A stretch of DNA of 64,000 nt from Azolla caroliniana. Lineage: Eukaryota; Plantae; Polypodiophyta. Positions 59,854 to 64,000 of the stretch are shown here, one piece after another. A program made the translations under genes and the position numbers. The stretch covers positions 20,522,001-20,586,000 of the forward strand of contig JBHGNT010000001.1 in the NCBI GenBank assembly GCA_043228905.1, read 5' to 3'. Within the stretch, counting starts at the first letter, position 1; each line of letters begins with the position of its first letter. Under the pieces are notes generated by a model. The model saw nothing but the letters and a program-made list of their open reading frames with translations. It did not search any database and was not told where the DNA came from.

Positions 59854-62199
59854 TGTCGTGAAGATTTGTCACTACGCGTGGATCGTGAGGCGGAACCGCC
59901 GGGGTTCTGGACCGGAAGGATTCAAAGTCGGTACAAGCTTTGGCGAGAAAGTACTTAAGATAGATTGGGAAAGAGAGAAGTTGAGATTAAACGATTGAGA
60001 GAGATTGATTGAACTTTTATCTTTGGATTTAAGAAACAAGTTACACCATCAATTTGATAACGATTTTCTTCTTCTTAATTTCATAATAAAAAAAACGTGT
60101 TTTTTCTCCTCCCCCTTCCTTCTTTTATAGATGCTCTCATGCATATGATGCATGTGAGGGTACAAGACATGCATAAATTGCATGTTTGGCATTTGGCGCT
60201 TACGTATTACATGTGCCGATCGCATCGGTGCACAAGGAGGTCAAGGAGCTACGAGAAGCTCACGAGTCGTGGGTGTCCTTGGAGAAGCCCTATTGGAAGC
60301 GTACAGATACGCGAAACCGGAGTGGGTATGCCGGCAACCCGATGGGGAGCGGTCGGCAACAACGTGGCCCGCGAGCGGCAGAGAAGAGAGAACGACGAGT
60401 GAGTACGCACTACCGTCGGAAGAGAGCTCAATGCAAAACGGTTCGGAGGAGCTCGACCTAGAAGCGCTAATAGGAGACGCATGCGAGCTTGTGAAAGGGA
60501 AAATCGAAGCCGAAGAAGGGCTTACTATGGAGTCGGGCCGGAGACGATCGGAGTATGCGGAGGAAGAAGCCTCCCTAAGCGTAGAAGACGGGGGCCTATA
60601 CGGAGGCCGGAAGAGAGTAGAAGACGGGCCTATATGGTGTCGTGAAGATCCGTCACTACGCGCGGATCGTGAGGCAGAACTGCCGGGGTTCTGGACCGGA
60701 AGGATTCAAAGTCGGTACAAGCTTTGGCGAGAAAGTACTTAAGATAGATTGGGAAAGAGAGAAGTTAAGATTAAACGATTGAGAGAGATTGATTGAACTT
60801 TTATCTTTGGATTTAAGAAACAAGTTACACCATCAATTTGATAACGATTTTCTTCTTCTTAATTTCATAATAAAAAAAACGTGTTTTTTCTCCTCCCCCT
60901 TCCTTCTTTTATAGATGCTCTCATGCATATGATGCATGTGAGGGTACAAGACATGCATAAATTGCATGTTTGCCATTTGGTGCTTATGTATTGCATGTGG
61001 TGCATGATAACCATGTCACTCATTTTAGCTCTCATGTATGAGAATTTACATGTAAAAGTACAATGATAGAAATATAAATTCAACTAAATAGCATGGCTTA
61101 ATGGTAAGCCAATTGACTCCTAACTTGGAGGTGCAAGGTGCAATTTATTTATCTAGTCGTCGAACACCGGTTCGTCGGATGCCGTTGGTTACCGGTGCCT
61201 CGCCGGATGCCGGATTGCCGTCGGATGTCGTGAAGTTCCGTCACTACGCGCGGATCGTGAGGCAGAACTGCCGGGGTTCTGGACCGGAAGGATTCAAAGT
61301 CGGTACAAGCTTTGGCGAGAAAGTACTTAAGATAGATTGGGAAAGAGAGAAGTTAAGATTAAACGATTGAGAGAGATTGATTGAACTTTTATCTTTGGAT
61401 TTAAGAAACAAGTTACACCATCAATTTGATAACGATTTTCTTCTTCTTAATTTCATAATAAAAAAAACGTGTTTTTTCTCCTCCCCCTTCCTTCTTTTAT
61501 AGATGCTCTCATGCATATGATGCATGTGAGGGTACAAGAAATGCATAAATTGCATGTTTGCCATTTGGTGCTTATGTATTGCATGTGGTGCATGATAACC
61601 ATGTCACTCATTTTAGCTCTCATGTATGAGAATTTACATGTAAAAGTACAATGATAGAAATATAAATTCAACTAAATAGCATGGCTTAATGGTAAGCCAA
61701 TTGACTCCTAACTTGGAGGTGCAAGGTGCAATTTATTTATCTAGTCGTCGAACACCGGTTCGTCGGATGCCGTTGGTTACCGGTGCCTCGCCGGATGCCG
61801 GATTGCCGTCGGATGTCGCCGGATCACCGGCTCCTTTACGAGTAGCTAGCCCATCTCCACTCTTAGTTCAAGTTACCTCGAACTCTCTATGCTCCACACA
61901 TAGACACAAAGATAATATCTTTTGCTCTACCTTATATATGATGAGAGCCGTATTTGTCGTGCCTATGTGGGATATCTCACAATTTTCTCTTTTTCTTTCA
62001 CAAACTTTATACCCTCATATCTTGACATTTAGTTGTCTATTTCTCGTGTAATAAAGTGCATTCGAAACCTCCATCATTTTGTACTTAGATATTAAATTTA
62101 TTTAAAATGTTATCTTCACAATTATTGTATTATGTGATTCATACTCGATTTCGTACGTTTTATGGGATTTTCACACTATTGCCGAAAATCTTCACCACA
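59854..62199 (-). repeat. Rearranged 5' LTR of H: partial LTR, 421-bp flank copy, 588-bp tandem duplication, full LTR
   Basis: LTR termini at 59854, 60638 and 61226; 60217-60637 duplicates 49481-49901. Confidence 0.9.
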
Positions 62200-64000
62200 A
62201 CGCAGGCCGGAAGAGCGTACGACGGCGACATGGAAGAGGGTGCGGAGCAAGCGACCCTCTTGCCTTGCGGTGAAGGGACGGCCATGGAGGCAGATAACTA
62301 CGGATTCGAGACATGGCGGCCCGAAACATCGAGTGGGGAAGAGACAAGCGGAGGTGCCGGGTCCTTACCCACACCGATTCTAGAGGCTCTGGCGGCCGGC
62401 CCGAGTGCCGGCGTGAGACCTAGAGCAACAGGCGGTGGCGGCAGCAAGGCGGGCAACCAAGACGACGGCAAGGAGATCGAGGAAGAGGAGGCGGCAAGCG
62501 TAATCGAGACTGGCGCAATTGGAGGTGGGGTAACCACGGATAACGACGTCTGGATGGAGGCGGCTACGGAGACAACGAGCGGCGGTGCCGCGGCCTTACG
62601 CAAACCAGCTCTAGAGGCTCCGGCATCCGGCCCGAGAGCCGGTGTGAGACCTAGAGTGACGGACGGTGGCAGCGGCAAGGCGTGCAACCGAGACGAGGAC
62701 GAGGAGGTAGCAAGCATAACCGAGGCTTGCGTAACCGGGAACGAGATAGCCACGGACCACGGCGTCCGAATGATGGTGGCTACGAACATGACATCAGCGA
62801 GTAACGGTACTGGGATTTTTCCCACACCTATTCTAGTGACTTCGGCGCTCGGCCCCGAGAGCCCACGTGAGACCGGAGAGACGGAAGGTGGCGGCGGCAA
62901 AGCGGACAATAGAAACGACGACGAGGAAGGTCATAGCGGATGGAGGCAAGACCCCTCGACACCCGGGCCGGAGACTTCGGATATTGCGCTCGAATGCCAA
63001 CGTAAGACCGGAGTGAAGGATGGTGGCCGTGAGGAGGCATGGCCCGGAGCGAGGACCGACGGAGAGGTCGGGAGCGGCAAAGAGGAGAGAGTCGGGGACC
63101 GACTCGACCGGAAGACGAAGCGGAAGAAGAGTGAAGCGGGGGCCGGTCAATCGGGCCCAAACCGAAAGAAGCCGGCAAGACCGGGATTGTTTGATCGACT
63201 CCTTACCGGCCGGTTACAATTACGATGGGAGCCGGTGAGAGCGAGAAGGAGGCTAACCGGGCACGACGAGTACGGATCGGTGAGAGGCCGAGAGCAAGAG
63301 GGACCCTCCCCGCCTATTCTAGAGACTTCGGCAGTTGCGGATCAACATAAGACCGGAGAGACGACGGGTGGCGGCGAGGAGTCGGAGACCGGAATGGCTG
63401 AGGCTACCAGACCGGGTACCCGGTGCGTGAAGAAGTACGAGCACGGCCAAGACGGCAAGCCAGAGTCGGAAGGGGCTACGGCAAAGAAGGACGAAGAGAC
63501 CGACGCGGAGGTCGGGTTTACGACAGGCGAGGCGCGTAATACGAAGTACGCACTACGGCGTAAAACGGAGCATGCACTACGGCCGGCGAAGGGCCAAGAA
63601 GCAAGAATGCACCCGGAAGAGCGGCAACGAGTGACCGGCAACGGCGGACCGGTCGAGCCTTTGAGAGGCAAGCATGCGGCGAGAGACGAAGCCGTAAGGT
63701 GTCGAGATCGGCGGATGGGTGGCGAGAGCGAAGGATGGTGCGCCGAGAACAACGGGGTACACACCGGGAAGAGAAAACGCGGCGGCTTCCCAGAGGGCAT
63801 ACAAGGCCAAGCAGGCCAAGAGGGCGCAAGTCGAGGCGAGGCGGTAACGAGAGCCTCGAGGGACACCGACATGGAGGTCGGGATGACGGTACGCTCTACG
63901 GCGAGAGAGCACGATGGGCAAAGGAGAGGCAAGGAACGCGGAATGGGGTCGCCTAAGGGCCAAAGAATGAGCGCATATTCGAGGGACAACATCGACGCAT
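62200..64000 (+). CDS. Stop-free ORF of at least 600 codons, G/E/R/T/A-rich and repetitive; continuation of element I
   Basis: I translated frame 1 by hand from 62200 to the window end and found no stop (first ATG at 62230). It is absent from the ORF track because it runs off the edge. Confidence 0.7.

Larger units (their letters stand above)
49902..62199 (-). mobile_element. Non-chromovirus Ty3/gypsy element H (Trp-primed; contains the LINE)
   Basis: 3' LTR 49902-51044 with 12-bp terminal inverted repeat TGTCGTGAAGAT; PPT 51045-51056; IN-RH-RT-gag on the minus strand; Trp PBS 59835-59845; rearranged 5' LTR region 59854-62199. The TSD is imperfect. Confidence 0.88.
48686..64000 (+). mobile_element. 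Gypsy-type element I (Trp-primed; contains H; runs off the window)
   Basis: 5' LTR 48686-49211 (TGTCG..CGACA), PBS at 49216-49232, gag N-terminal domain from 49255; sequence resumes at 62200. Confidence 0.8.

Noticed and set aside
62298-63992. Minus-strand Ser/Pro/Leu-rich ORFs
   Set aside because: They are antisense shadows of the long plus-strand ORF.

Overview
I found no host gene in this window. It is a deeply nested retrotransposon pile from a plant genome. The mix of a Tcn1-like chromovirus, tRNA-Trp-primed gypsy elements and Met-primed copia elements suggests a non-seed land plant (inference). I resolved about 12 LTR elements or fragments, labelled A-L for convenience, plus 3 solo LTRs with target-site duplications (TSDs), one hAT-type MITE, and one apparently intact non-L1 LINE with an (ATCT)n tail. 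There are two roughly six-level nests: A>E>B>C>D>F and probably A>E>J>I>H>LINE. The main oddities are five. (1) Two unrelated gypsy lineages carry a tRNA-gene-like A-box/B-box module, antisense and upstream of the LTR TATA box. (2) Both of those elements show the same rearrangement, in which the flank beyond the 3' LTR is copied into the 5' LTR. (3) Element I has a Gag N-terminus followed by a stop-free, repeat-rich ORF of at least 600 codons that the ORF track missed. (4) The LINE ORF1 and ORF2 are in frame, separated by one TAG, with no AUG before the endonuclease. (5) Several cis-RNA signals are visible: a self-priming site, a -1 frameshift pseudoknot, a hairpin around the polypurine tract (PPT), and a 5' leader hairpin array. 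Coordinates were counted by eye and may be off by a few bases. Clade names are motif-based and were not checked against a database.
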